DNA of 63,736 nucleotides, counting the filler, from Reclinomonas americana ATCC 50394 (Eukaryota), in the NCBI GenBank assembly GCA_048213135.1. It is 33 parts of 33 records of this genome, joined end to end, with 100 filler letters (N's around TTAATTAATTAA, not from the genome) between each part and the next. Parts side by side here need not be neighbours in the genome. Positions count along the whole stretch, not along the records: positions 34,468 to 36,255 come from AFZH01024520.1; positions 36,356 to 37,823 come from AFZH01024521.1; positions 37,924 to 43,490 come from AFZH01024523.1; positions 43,591 to 45,660 come from AFZH01024524.1; 29 more parts are not named here. One strand, 5' to 3'. Below the pieces are notes generated by a model that was not told the DNA's origin, did not search any database, and saw nothing but the letters and a program-made list of their open reading frames with translations. Shown here in pieces: positions 35,526-45,760 of the stretch. Position numbers and translations under genes: made by a program. Each line of letters starts with the position of its first letter. The first letter of the stretch is position 1.

Positions 35526-36194
35526 TCAGTTCGCCGGCGCGTCCACCGCGATGAAGTTCTTCGACAGCACCTCCTGCACGACAGGGCCGACCGGCTCGCC
35601 CTCGCACGTGACGATGACCCACACCGAGTAGTCGGCTTTCACGAAAGCTCGCGCGGCCATGAAGTATCCGACCTCGTTGAACGTGTAGCTGAACTGGCGG
35701 TGCTCCACGCCGGAGCCTTCTCCTCCGTAGCGCAGGAACTCTCCGTCGGTGAGCCAGTCCCGCCCGAGGAAGTCGTCACCGGCCTGATGCTCGATCATGG
35801 CGTCGGTGGCCTCCCTGTCGTCCATGCCGGTCGCGTCACCGAGCACACCGCCCCGGAACGAGGCCGTGCAAGCACCGCTGGCATTCACATACGACCATCG
35901 CCCCGGCTGGTCGGCCGGCAGAGCCTCCCACTCCTCGTCCTCGATCAGACCGTCGCCCCACCCGATGTCCGAATCCGCCGGCAGTTCCGCGCCCGCAGCG
36001 AAGGTCACGTCTTGCGAGACCGACCCGATCCCCGCACCCGGTGTCGGGCTCGCGCCCGGTGCGCGGCTCGAGTCCGCACTCCTCGCCTCGCGCGAGATCG
36101 GTGGTGCGGCGCACCCGCTCGCGACAGCCAGGAAGGCAGCCACGGCGATGACGGCAGGGATGCGGAGGGTGGTGGGATGAATTCGTCGAGTCAT
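35526..36194 (-). CDS. Hypothetical lipoprotein
   Basis: 222-aa ORF with a signal peptide and lipobox VASGC. Confidence 0.7.
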   Translation of the reverse strand: MTRRIHPTTLRIPAVIAVAAFLAVASGCAAPPISREARSADSSRAPGASPTPGAGIGSVSQDVTFAAGAELPADSDIGWGDGLIEDEEWEALPADQPGRWSYVNASGACTASFRGGVLGDATGMDDREATDAMIEHQAGDDFLGRDWLTDGEFLRYGGEGSGVEHRQFSYTFNEVGYFMAARAFVKADYSVWVIVTCEGEPVGPVVQEVLSKNFIAVDAPAN

Positions 36195-36355
36195 GCTGCG
36201 GGAGCCTAGGCAGTCGCCGCATCCGCCGATCCGCTCCTGTGGATAACTCCCGAAGNNNNNNNNNNNNNNNNNNNNNNNNNNNNNNNNNNNNNNNNNNNNT
36301 TAATTAATTAANNNNNNNNNNNNNNNNNNNNNNNNNNNNNNNNNNNNNNNNNNNN

Positions 36356-36422
36356 GGAAGACGGATTCCGATGTCGCCTGGCTTTCGGGCATTTCCCAGC
36401 CGGCGCGACGCTTGATCAACAT
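36356..36422 (-). CDS. msrP: Probable N-terminus of protein-methionine-sulfoxide reductase catalytic subunit
   Basis: MLIKRRAGWEMPESQATSESVF resembles the conserved alphaproteobacterial MsrP leader before the Tat motif; GGAG RBS. Only 22 codons are visible. Confidence 0.55.
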
Positions 36423-36519
36423 GACGGACATACTCCGTTGCAACGGAGCAAGTTTAGTCGATCCGAGGGCGGGGGACCAAGTCACGAGCGGGAGAGCAGC
36501 TCTCCCGCTCGCTTCTCAA

Positions 36520-37059
36520 CTACGGCAGATCGGCGAAACGCTTGGCGTAATCCGCCTCGAGCGTCTCGATCCGTGACCAGAAGGCGCGTGGCGGATTGCC
36601 CGCAAGCTTATCCTCGAGCAGGCCGAGATGCGCGTGCCAGCCGCTGGAGACGCTGGCCATCTCCGCCTTGTCGGCGAGCTTGCGATGCGTCAGGACCAGC
36701 CTCACCTTGTCACCCTCGGGGACAAGCTCGAAGGTCACTTCGGAGCTTGCGTCACCCTCGCCCGGCCAGGTCATCGCCAGCGCGGTCATCGGCTCATAGC
36801 GCGTCACGGTGCCCTTGGACGGCCAGCCCTTGTCGTTCATCTCGCGATAGCGCTCCGGCGGCTGCTCGCTGGTGATTTCGGAATGTTTGAACAGAAGATC
36901 GGCCGCGCCGCCGACCCGAGGCTCGATCTCGCCCGAGGCGAGCCAGGTGCCGCGCTTCTCGGATTGCGTGAGATAGGACCAGACCCGTTCGAGCGGGCCG
37001 GGCAGAAGCCGCTCGAAGCGGACCGCGCCGCTCTCCAGAACCACACCGTATTCGTTCAT
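36520..37059 (-). CDS. SRPBCC/AHSA1-domain protein
   Basis: VRFERLLPGPLERVWSYLT...VRLVLTH...GWHAHL; GAGGAG RBS. Confidence 0.9.
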   Translation of the reverse strand: MNEYGVVLESGAVRFERLLPGPLERVWSYLTQSEKRGTWLASGEIEPRVGGAADLLFKHSEITSEQPPERYREMNDKGWPSKGTVTRYEPMTALAMTWPGEGDASSEVTFELVPEGDKVRLVLTHRKLADKAEMASVSSGWHAHLGLLEDKLAGNPPRAFWSRIETLEADYAKRFADLP

Positions 37060-37070
37060 GGCTATTCTCC

Positions 37071-37379
37071 TCATTCGTCTTCGGGCTTTGCGAGCTCTCG
37101 TTCCAGGCGGTCGAGCCCGGCATTCCAGAAGCCGCGCACCTGCCTGACCCAGGCGTCGAAGGCATCGAGCCCGTCGGGATCGAGTCGGTAGATCCGGCGC
37201 TGGCCGCTCACTTCGACGCTCACCAGCCCCGCCTCCTTCAGCACCTTGAGATGCTGCGAGATCGCCGGCGCGCTCATGCCGAACTGCGCGGTGATCTCGC
37301 CCGCCGCCATGGCGCGCTGGCCCAGCATCTCGACGATGCGGCGGCGGGTCGGGTCGGCAAGGGCGGTGAAGCGATCCAT
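37071..37379 (-). CDS. ArsR/SmtB-family transcriptional regulator
   Basis: FTALADPTRRRIVEML...SAPAISQHLKVLKEAGLV...GQRRIYRL. An alternative start lies at 37388. Confidence 0.92.
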   Translation of the reverse strand: MDRFTALADPTRRRIVEMLGQRAMAAGEITAQFGMSAPAISQHLKVLKEAGLVSVEVSGQRRIYRLDPDGLDAFDAWVRQVRGFWNAGLDRLERELAKPEDE

Positions 37380-37383
37380 GCCC

Positions 37384-37413
37384 TTCATTTAGCCGATCAC
37401 TTAATTAAGTCAA
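37384..37413 (-). promoter_or_regulatory. Putative sigma70 promoter / ArsR operator
   Basis: Minus strand TTGACT-N16-TAAATG, 6 nt before the ATG; overlaps the perfect palindrome ACTTAATTAAGT (37399-37410). Confidence 0.45.
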
Positions 37414-37504
37414 TACGAAAATAACATGGCCGCGCAGCATGCCCTGCCCGCGCCGCGCCCGCCCCTTGCGTGGAGCCGGCTTGCCGCCTCCATTGCGGCA
37501 GGCC

Positions 37505-37823
37505 ATGAAGAGTGCCCCGTCCGCCGCCTCCCACGAGATCATGCCCAGCCGAAACGCCACCCTCGCCGGCATCCTGATGATGCTGCTCGGCATCCTCCTG
37601 TTCTCGCTCAACGACGTGATGGGGAAATGGCTGGTCGCGACCTATACGGTCGGCCAGGTCCTCGTGCTGCGCTCGGCTGCGGCGCTGCTGGTGATCGTGC
37701 CTTTCGTCGTCAAGCAGGGCGTTCAGCGCACGCTGCGGCCGGAGCGGCCGGGCCTGCAGCTGCTGCGCGTCACGCTCGGCTCCTGCGAGGTTGCGCTGTT
37801 CTACTGGGCAGTGTCCTATCTGC
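37505..37823 (+). CDS. DMT/EamA-family transporter, 5' part
   Basis: GILMMLLGILLFSLNDVMGKWLVATYTVGQVLVLRS...LQLLR. Confidence 0.85.
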
Positions 37824-37934
37824 NNNNNNNNNNNNNNNNNNNNNNNNNNNNNNNNNNNNNNNNNNNNTTAATTAATTAANNNNNNNNNNNNNNNNNNNNN
37901 NNNNNNNNNNNNNNNNNNNNNNNGTGGGCTGTAG

Positions 37935-38865
37935 GTGCAAGCCGATGGTGACGAGAACACCATTCGCGATATGATTGTGGAGAAGCTGGCCCCGTACCCC
38001 ACCATCTCGTTCGCCGAGATCGCCGAGGCGGCGTTCAAGAACGGCAAGCACAAGCTGGCCATCATGCTGCTGGACTTTGAGCCGCGAGCCTCCAACCAAG
38101 TCAAGCTGCTGGTCAGCATGAACCAGCCAGAAATCGCACTGGCCAAGGCCGTGGAGAGTGGCGATGCCGATCTGGGTGCGTTGCTGCATTCGCGTGTGTG
38201 TTGTTGTCTGGTTGGAAGCTTCCCACTCACTCCTCACTCCTTTTCTCCGTCTCGCCAGTGTACTTTGTCATTCTGAACCTCAAGACACGCCACTCGGACC
38301 CCGTCATGTTCTTCCGCTCACTGGCGGGCAAGCCGGCGGCGCGCAACCTCATGATCCGCTACTGCCGCGAACGAGGTGCGTTGGCATGGAGTGCGTGTGC
38401 GTAGAATACGGTGGCACTAAAAAACTCGTCGTCGCGCAGACAAGCAACTGTTGTTCGATTACTACAACTTTGAGCACATGACCATGGAGACGAGCGCAAT
38501 GCACATTCAGGATGCGTTCATGGAACCGGTGCGTGGAATCCTCTCTCGCACGATGTTGTTTCTATTCTTCTGACGTGACGCTCGATGTACAGGATGAGAG
38601 CGCACAACGGAATCACCTGCAGCAAGTGGTCACACAGTTCAACTCTGCAGGTCGTGATTACTTGCCACTGGTCAAGGTCGGTGCTGGCGTCTTCTTTTTT
38701 GTTGTCACTGTGCCTGATGTCTCACTCTCTCCCGCAATGAGCAGGCAACCGAGGAGCAAATCCGACTGGCACATTTCCAGCGCGAGCTTGAGGAGTCGAC
38801 CGAGGAGAACATTTTCGCCCACACGTCGCTCATCGACACGCTTTCGATGGCCGTTGAACGTGGAC

Positions 38866-38910
<45 letters not shown>

Positions 38911-39480
38911 GAGTGCGAGTATGCGCAGTTTGCATTCTGACTCGTCTCCGTGCGTCACAGCTGAAGAAAGCGATCAAGATCAAGAACGAATTCAAGCTCA
39001 GCGACAAAAAGTTGCGTGTCGGGGCAATAGTAGTCCCACCAGGGCGGTTGGTGATGCTCACAAACACTGTCGCAGATGGTGGTGGTTGCGTCTGCGATCA
39101 CACGCTCGAGTGCTGGACTTTGAGGGCATTGAGGATATGGCCAAGGAGAAGAAGTCGCCCATTGGGTGGCAGCCGTTTGTCGATGTTTGCTTGAAGGCAC
39201 GGAGACCGCTGGAGGCCGCCAAGTACATACCGCGCTTGCCGGATCTGCTCGCCCGTGTACAAGCGTTCGCCAACATTGGGTTCGTGCCTGTGGCGATGAG
39301 CATGGTTTACTTCTGTGCGCTGAGACGGAGAGATTGTTGTGCGCGCACAGATTCTTCCAGGAGGCCGCCGATGAGGCATTCAGAGGGCGGGATTTGGGCC
39401 TGCTGGAGCAGTTGCAGGAGAAGGCACCGCGGCAATTCCAGGCGGCCATCACCACCATGATGCAGCAACTACGGGGTTAA
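37935..39480 (+). CDS. VPS16: Vacuolar protein sorting 16 (HOPS/CORVET), C-terminal exons
   Basis: Exons 37935-38175, 38259-38375, 38440-38528, 38593-38676, 38745-38867, 38961-39010, 39076-39279 and 39351-39480 join in frame. Motifs ISFAEIA, LLDFEPRASNQV, ALAKAVESGDADLVY, FKLSDKKWWWLRL, KKSPIGWQPFVDVC; TAA stop. Confidence 0.92.
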
Positions 39481-39610
39481 GCGAGCGCGGTAATGACGGT
39501 GGTGGTGGCTGGTTGTTGTTGATTGAGTGGCGAGTAAACACAGAAAAGCAAACAGTGATTCATTGAGATGGCAAGTTAATGTTTGTTGATAATAGAGAAC
39601 CAGGAGATTT

Positions 39611-42308
39611 TTAGAGTTGGACCTGACCGACGGCAATCCACGTCGTGTCGATCTGCTCGGCGCCCGCCACCGAGTACGTCAGACCGGTGACGGGGCCACT
39701 CATGTTGGGTTGCACCAGTACGCCAGTGGTGGCGCTGACATTGAGAGGACCCGGCAGCGGCTGCTGTGTCCTCCAGCCGCGCAGGAAAACCGCAAAGCGC
39801 ACGCTGTTGGCGTTCAGTGGCGCACTGAATGCGACGCTCACTGGTCCAGGCGCGTCGGAGGACTGGCCGGCAGTGACGATGAAGCCGCTCAAGTTCGTGT
39901 CGTCGCTGTTTCCCGAGCCGACAACGTAGCGGTAGCCGAGGGAGCGCACACGTGCCGCGTCACGCACCACGGCAGAAACGAGGAAATTGTTCTCCGACTC
40001 CACCGTGAGGTCGGCGCTAAAGTTGTCTTGACGGTACGTCGTCGATGTCGACGAGTCGCGGCGGATCAGGACCAGGTCATGCAGCGCAATGGCCACCACC
40101 GGCTGTGTGCCGAACGGATACACGGCGCTGAACGATGAACTCTGCGGATCAAAGTGAGACGAAAGGAAATCCATTGCACGACAATGCGTGCCGCGCCCAC
40201 CTGTCGAGCCAGCTTGTTGTTGCTGGTGTTGGTCCACGAGGCGCCGCCGGTGAACTGATGCTGTCCGTCGAGCGAGAACGCCAGCGAGTGGTGCGTGTAG
40301 AACGCCACATACGAGAGAGCCTCTTGCGAGATGGTGGCACTGTGGCCCACACGGCACACGGTGACTGCCGCGGTCAGCGACACCGCCGGCGCACCGCAGT
40401 GAACCCACGCATCCGACTGCACGGTGGCAGTGGCCAGCTGACGGAAGCTGCAATGCGTGGAGATTGAGTGATTCGTGGACGGAGAGTTGCATAGAGAGAG
40501 AGAGTGTGTGTGACGCACCCAACCAACACGCGAGGGCGCGACACGAACGGGAACGCAAACGTGTGCGTAATCGTCACTTCCGAGCCGTAGCCAGTGGCAC
40601 GGGTGGCCATTGCCGGCTGTACGTACACACATTTGAGCACACACAAGAGAAGGACGACACAACGCAAAGTGAGTGCGTCTCGCACCTTGCCCTGCAGCGA
40701 CAAGGAGGTTGCACCCTCTCCAGTCAACACTGACTCGGGGCACTCGGAAATGTGGCCCTCAGCGTGCAAGTTGAAGCACGGATCGGGTGCGGCGATCGTG
40801 GCGTCCACCTGGGTGCCTCCAATCACCGTCTCGCCCTCCACCTTGACAAAGCTCGGTGCGCTGTCACCGTTGGAGGCCGGTGGCGACTGCATGCACATCT
40901 GCAGACCGGCACCGCCACTCAACAGGCCACGCAGACGATAGAACGTGCAGCCGATCGTGGCGTCGCACGCTCGTGCCTCCAACGCGCCCGCCTCGTACGT
41001 GGTCATAGTCAGTGCTGCGAACGTGAGTGTGAGTAAGAGACGAGACGCACGGAGCGAGTCACTTGATGCTACGCACCAGCCGACTGTGTGCCAGTGTCGC
41101 ACGAAGCACTCGTGTCGACAAACTTCCAGCGCATGCAGTTGGTGATCGAGTTGTTGGCGGCACTGATGGTGAACACGGTCGGCACATCCGGGCGCAACAC
41201 CGACGGCGTGACAAAGCTGATCTGCGGCGCCGCCGCCGGCACAATGGCCACAATGGCTGCGGGACCGTACGCGCCGCTGTGGAAACTGGGGAGGGGAGAA
41301 AAAAAGGTGAGAATGACACAGACAGAGCACGCATGGCGTGGTCCACCAGGCAGAGACACACCGTGCGCAGAGAACGTGATTGACATTGGTGACGGGCACA
41401 CTGCACGTCGCCGCCGCCACGCTCGCAATGTCAAAGGTGGTGACGCTGAACACCAACTCCACGGTACTCGACACCAGCAGCGACGCCGACATGTTGACCG
41501 ACGGAGTCGCACAGGTGGTGTCGGTGAAGATGCCCACCGAGGCCGTCACTGCGGGGATGCCAGTGGCGGCCACACGCACCGATTCGCGAATGAGACCCGT
41601 CACGAGGCGAGTCGGCTGCGGTGTGGCCGAGCGAGTCGACCCTGCCAGCGCCACAGCGTCAGCGATCAAAAGGCGAGAGACAAAGAGAGAGAACGAGAAC
41701 GCACAGAGATTGATGCGAGCGACCGCCGAGAAGACCGAGTTATTGAGCGGATCGGTGCACAGGTAGAGCGTGCTGACGGCCGATGGTGTGGCTGTGTTGA
41801 AGCGGAAGGCGATGACGTCGGGTGTGTTGGGCGCACCAGCCGTCAGAGTGGCGGTGCCGAAACCAGCAATCGTCACCTTGCATTGCGTGACACCCGCGTC
41901 GGCGCAGTTGCTGGTGCACAAGGCTGTGTGTGTGTGTGTGCGACAGGATGCGTCCCGAGTCAGCAGGGGGAGGAGGGAGGGAGAGGAGGAGGAGGAGGCA
42001 AGGAGAAGTGACGAAACAGTCGGGCGACACGAACGAGGCGGGTGACGACAAGGCAAAGTCGACGCCCGTGAAGGAGACCGGCACCTCGAAGCTCGCCACT
42101 CCCGTGCGTACATAGAGGTCGGAGGGGGAGGCGACTGCGTGCAGAGAGTGAGCGTGCTGCAGAAACAGAAGCAGGCGGTCGACGGAGGAACAGACAAACC
42201 AATGGCTGCTTGCGCCGAGCCGACAGCAATGCACAGCAGGACAAGGAGGATTGAGAGGCCGGCGAGCGGCAGTCGCAGTTTTCGTGATGCGGCGTGACGA
42301 TGGTTCAT
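39611..42308 (-). CDS. Secreted multi-exon protein with three C-terminal H-type-lectin-like repeats
   Basis: Signal peptide LAGLSILLVLLCIAVGSAQA; eight GT-AG introns join in frame. Repeats TFAFPFVSRPRVLVGF..LSYVAF, YPFGTQPVVAIALHDL..YRYVVG and VAFSAPL..TTWIAVG. Confidence 0.65.
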
Positions 42309-43381
42309 TCTCCGCAACGGCGTGGAAACTAATGCTAAGGCGTCGGGAGAACCCAGCACAGCCCGCGCGGAAGAACTGACTCGGGACGGAAAAATACAGG
42401 TTGGGGGAAAGTAGTCAGTGAGGTGGGTGGGTGGAACGCAGAGGGTCGGTGGGGTGTGGGTGTGTAGAAGAGTGCGCAGATGGTCGGGGTGCAGCAGTGG
42501 AGAGGGAGAAAACCTTGACCGATATTCGTAGCGCTATCGATATCGATCGATATCGGACCAATCGCTGCGGGACGACAAATGAGCCGGCAGCAACAGAAAC
42601 AACTTGACTAGTCCAAAGAGCAGCATACATGCTGCATGTCGATCACCTGGATCGAGAGCCAGAAACGGAGATATCACAGAAACATTTGAAAATTAACAAC
42701 AACAATTCATTCACCAACAAACAAGCAACAGCTGTCTTGTCGATCGACGTCGACGCTGGCAATGCTGCAAAAGAACTCACGGCTCGTGACAATAGGCAAG
42801 TCCAACCGTATGCAGAACATCGACACTGACACCAATGGCTGAAGCAGCAACACGTTTTGAATTCTACGCGTGTCCGCTCTCGCGGTGAACAAAACCAACA
42901 CCACTGCGACCGCAGCGTTATCGCTTTTAGTTCAATTTCTCAGCCAGAGAAGAGTTGCAGTTTTAGAAGGCTGCGTGGTGCAAGGATGACCTCGTTGTAG
43001 GTCCGAAACATCAACGCGTATCGACTGGAGCGGCAGTCGCAAACGAGCATGGTCGATCGGCAGATCCTGATTTCGAATCCGTGAATTCGAAGCAACAATC
43101 GGGATCGCGATTGTTTGGCATCAGCTGAATCAAGTCGTATGCACTCCATCAACAAGTTCACACCAAATTACCCAAAACAACCAACCTGCCCCACGCCTTT
43201 ATTTTCAGCATGTCCAGTCGCCGGATTTCCGCGATTGACAGCTTTTGTCAGGATTTCAGCGCTGAGAATGGCAGGGAGAGCAACACACCATTCTTCTTCG
43301 TCCTTCGGTGAGCGCACACCACCACCCCCCTCCTGCCCTCCTCCCCCCCTCACCGCCTCTTCGCAGCATTCTCACAACAAC

Positions 43382-43490
43382 ATGGCCAACACAAGCACCC
43401 TTCCCTGCTACCACTACCACCGCGGTGGCTGCCGCGCCGCTGACTGTCAGTTCCTGCATCTGCCCTGGGATCGCGTGCATGCGTGTCGCC
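43382..43490 (+). CDS. CCCH zinc-finger protein, N-terminus
   Basis: MANTSTLPCYHYHRGGCRAADCQFLH fits C-x7-C-x4-C-x3-H. Confidence 0.7.
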
Positions 43491-43590
43491 NNNNNNNNNN
43501 NNNNNNNNNNNNNNNNNNNNNNNNNNNNNNNNNNTTAATTAATTAANNNNNNNNNNNNNNNNNNNNNNNNNNNNNNNNNNNNNNNNNNNN

Positions 43591-44819
43591 TCACCTACGC
43601 GGCCGCGCAGTACACCACCGAGTTCCAGCGTCTCGGCTCGACCTACATCCTGCCTGAGCACATCTGGGCCGACGTCGCCGACTTCGCGAACTTCGCGAAC
43701 GAGGAGCCGGTCGGATCCGGTGCCTACGTCGTCGACAAGACCACCAGCGAGTCGTACACGCTCGTGGCGAACGAGAACTTCCGCGACGCCGACAAGCTCG
43801 GTGTGAAGAAGGTCCAGTACATCGCCGTCGACAACAACCAGACCGCACAGGACCTGCTCGCGGCGGGTGAGCTCGACTGGACGGGCATGTTCATCCCGAA
43901 CCCGGATGACGTGACCGCCAACGGCAAGATCAGCTGGGTCAACACCCCGCAGGACCCCACCGTTCTCTACACCTGCTCGAACGCCGAGCTCGGCTGCGCC
44001 GGTCCGCAGACCGACGTCGCCGTGCGCCAGGCGCTCAACGTCGCGATCGATCGTGCGGCGATCAAGGACAAGGCGTTCGTCGGTCTCACCGGCGACATCT
44101 CGCCGACCTACGCGCTGCTCCCGCGCGACGAGAAGTGGGTCGCGGATGCTGCCAACGAGGTCAGCCCGCAGGAGGCGGACGCCGCCGAGGCAGGCAAGAT
44201 CCTCGAGGCCGCCGGCTACGTCAAGGACGGCGACTTCTACGCGAAGGACGGCGTGCCGCTCGAGCTCACGCTCACCTCGGTCGACGGCTGGACCGACTAC
44301 AACGACGCCGCCAAGCTGATCGCCGAGCAGGCCGCGGCAGCGGGCATCAAGATCACCGCGTCGACCGTGCAGTGGCAGGAGTTCTCGGACTCCCGTCAGG
44401 GCGGCGAGTACCAGCTCATCGTCGGCGGCATGATCGGCACCTCGGTGGCCGACCCGTTCCAGATCTACCGCGACTGGGTCGGTGGCACCGCGATCCAGTC
44501 GACCAGCCCCGTCGGCACCGAGGTTCCCGCTGGACGCTGGAACTTCAGCCGCTACGACAACCCCGTCGTCGACGCCGCGATCCAGTCGGCGATCAGCACG
44601 AACGACGAGGCCGAGAAGAAGGAGCTGTACGGCACGATCCAGACCGAGATCGTCCGTGACCTGCCCTACATCCCGCTCGTGATCAACGCCACGCAGACCT
44701 TCTACAACACGAAGGACTTCACGGGTTGGCCGACGGAGGAGGAGATGTACGCCTTCCCGCCGTCCTGGGGTGCGATCGCGGCAGGCTACGTCCTGACGCA
44801 GCTGCAGCCGGCTAAGTAA
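43591..44819 (+). CDS. ABC substrate-binding protein family 5 (oligopeptide/oligosaccharide), 5'-truncated
   Basis: PVGSGAY, DVAVRQALNVAIDR, GWTDY, NFSRYDNP and FTGWPT motifs. Confidence 0.9.
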
Positions 44820-44851
44820 TTCGAAGGGACGGGGAAGCAGGAAGCAGTGAC

Positions 44852-45660
44852 ATGAAGTTCTATGCACGAAGAATCGGGTTCTACGCGTTCACGCTCTGGG
44901 CCGCGATCTCTCTCAACTTCCTGCTTCCCCGGCTCATGCCGGGGAATCCCGCCGACATCATGATCGCCAAGATGCAGCGGGCCGGCGGCGAGATCTCCGA
45001 GACCACCATCAGGAACATCAAGCTCCTGCTGGGCGGCGACGACTCCTCGCTGTGGGAGCAGTACCTCTCCTACTGGGCGCGCATGTTCCGCGGCGACCTC
45101 GGCATCTCGGTGACGAAGTATCCGACCCCGGTGACCGAGCTCATCGCCGGCGCGATCCCGTGGACCCTCGTCCTGGTGGGTACCGCGACCGTCATCTCGT
45201 TCATCCTCGGCATCGCGCTCGGCGCCTGGGCAGGGTGGAAGCGCGGGACCTGGGTCGATCATCTGATCCCGGCGACGACCGTGCTGCAGTCGATCCCGTA
45301 CTTCTGGTTGGCCCTGATCCTGGTCGCGGTGTTCTCCGTGGGCTCGGCTGGTTCCCGCTCTTCGGGGGCTACGACGTCTTCGACTTCCCCGACGGGCCGG
45401 AGCCGACCTGGGCGTTCTTCACCAACGCCTTCTCGCATGCTCTCCTTCCGGCGATCACCATCGTCATCTCCTCGGTGGGCGGCTGGATGTTCGGCATGCG
45501 CAACATGATGGTCGCGACCCTCGCCGAGGACTACGTCCTCACGGCCGAGGCCAAAGGCCTTCGCCCGCGGCGCATCCTCACCACGTACGCCGCGCGGAAT
45601 GCCGCGATCCCGTCGATCGCCGGCTTCTCGATCACCCTCGGGTTCGTCGTCTCGGGCTCC
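44852..45660 (+). CDS. DppB-type ABC permease, with an apparent frameshift near 45343
   Basis: PRLMPGNP and GDLGIS in the first frame; EDYVLTAEAKGL...YAARNA in the second frame. Confidence 0.88.
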
Positions 45661-45760
45661 NNNNNNNNNNNNNNNNNNNNNNNNNNNNNNNNNNNNNNNN
45701 NNNNTTAATTAATTAANNNNNNNNNNNNNNNNNNNNNNNNNNNNNNNNNNNNNNNNNNNN

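Noticed and set aside
36238..36246. Perfect DnaA box (TTATCCACA on the minus strand) as an origin
   Set aside because: A single box at a contig end with no dnaA/dnaN context or AT-rich unwinding element.
33148..37935. Bacterial genes next to eukaryotic genes as horizontal transfer
   Set aside because: Every such junction is an artificial spacer, and the bacterial contigs keep operon structure and RBSs and have no introns.
39011..39017. Non-canonical TT or GC donors as an alternative explanation for the GTTGCG introns
   Set aside because: Shifting both junctions by one base loses the AG acceptor and creates a TGA at the 55747-55812 intron. GT-AG gives the best protein motifs.
45335..45350. 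Permease frameshift
   Set aside because: A single missing G in a G run (GTGGGCTC); same error signature as above.
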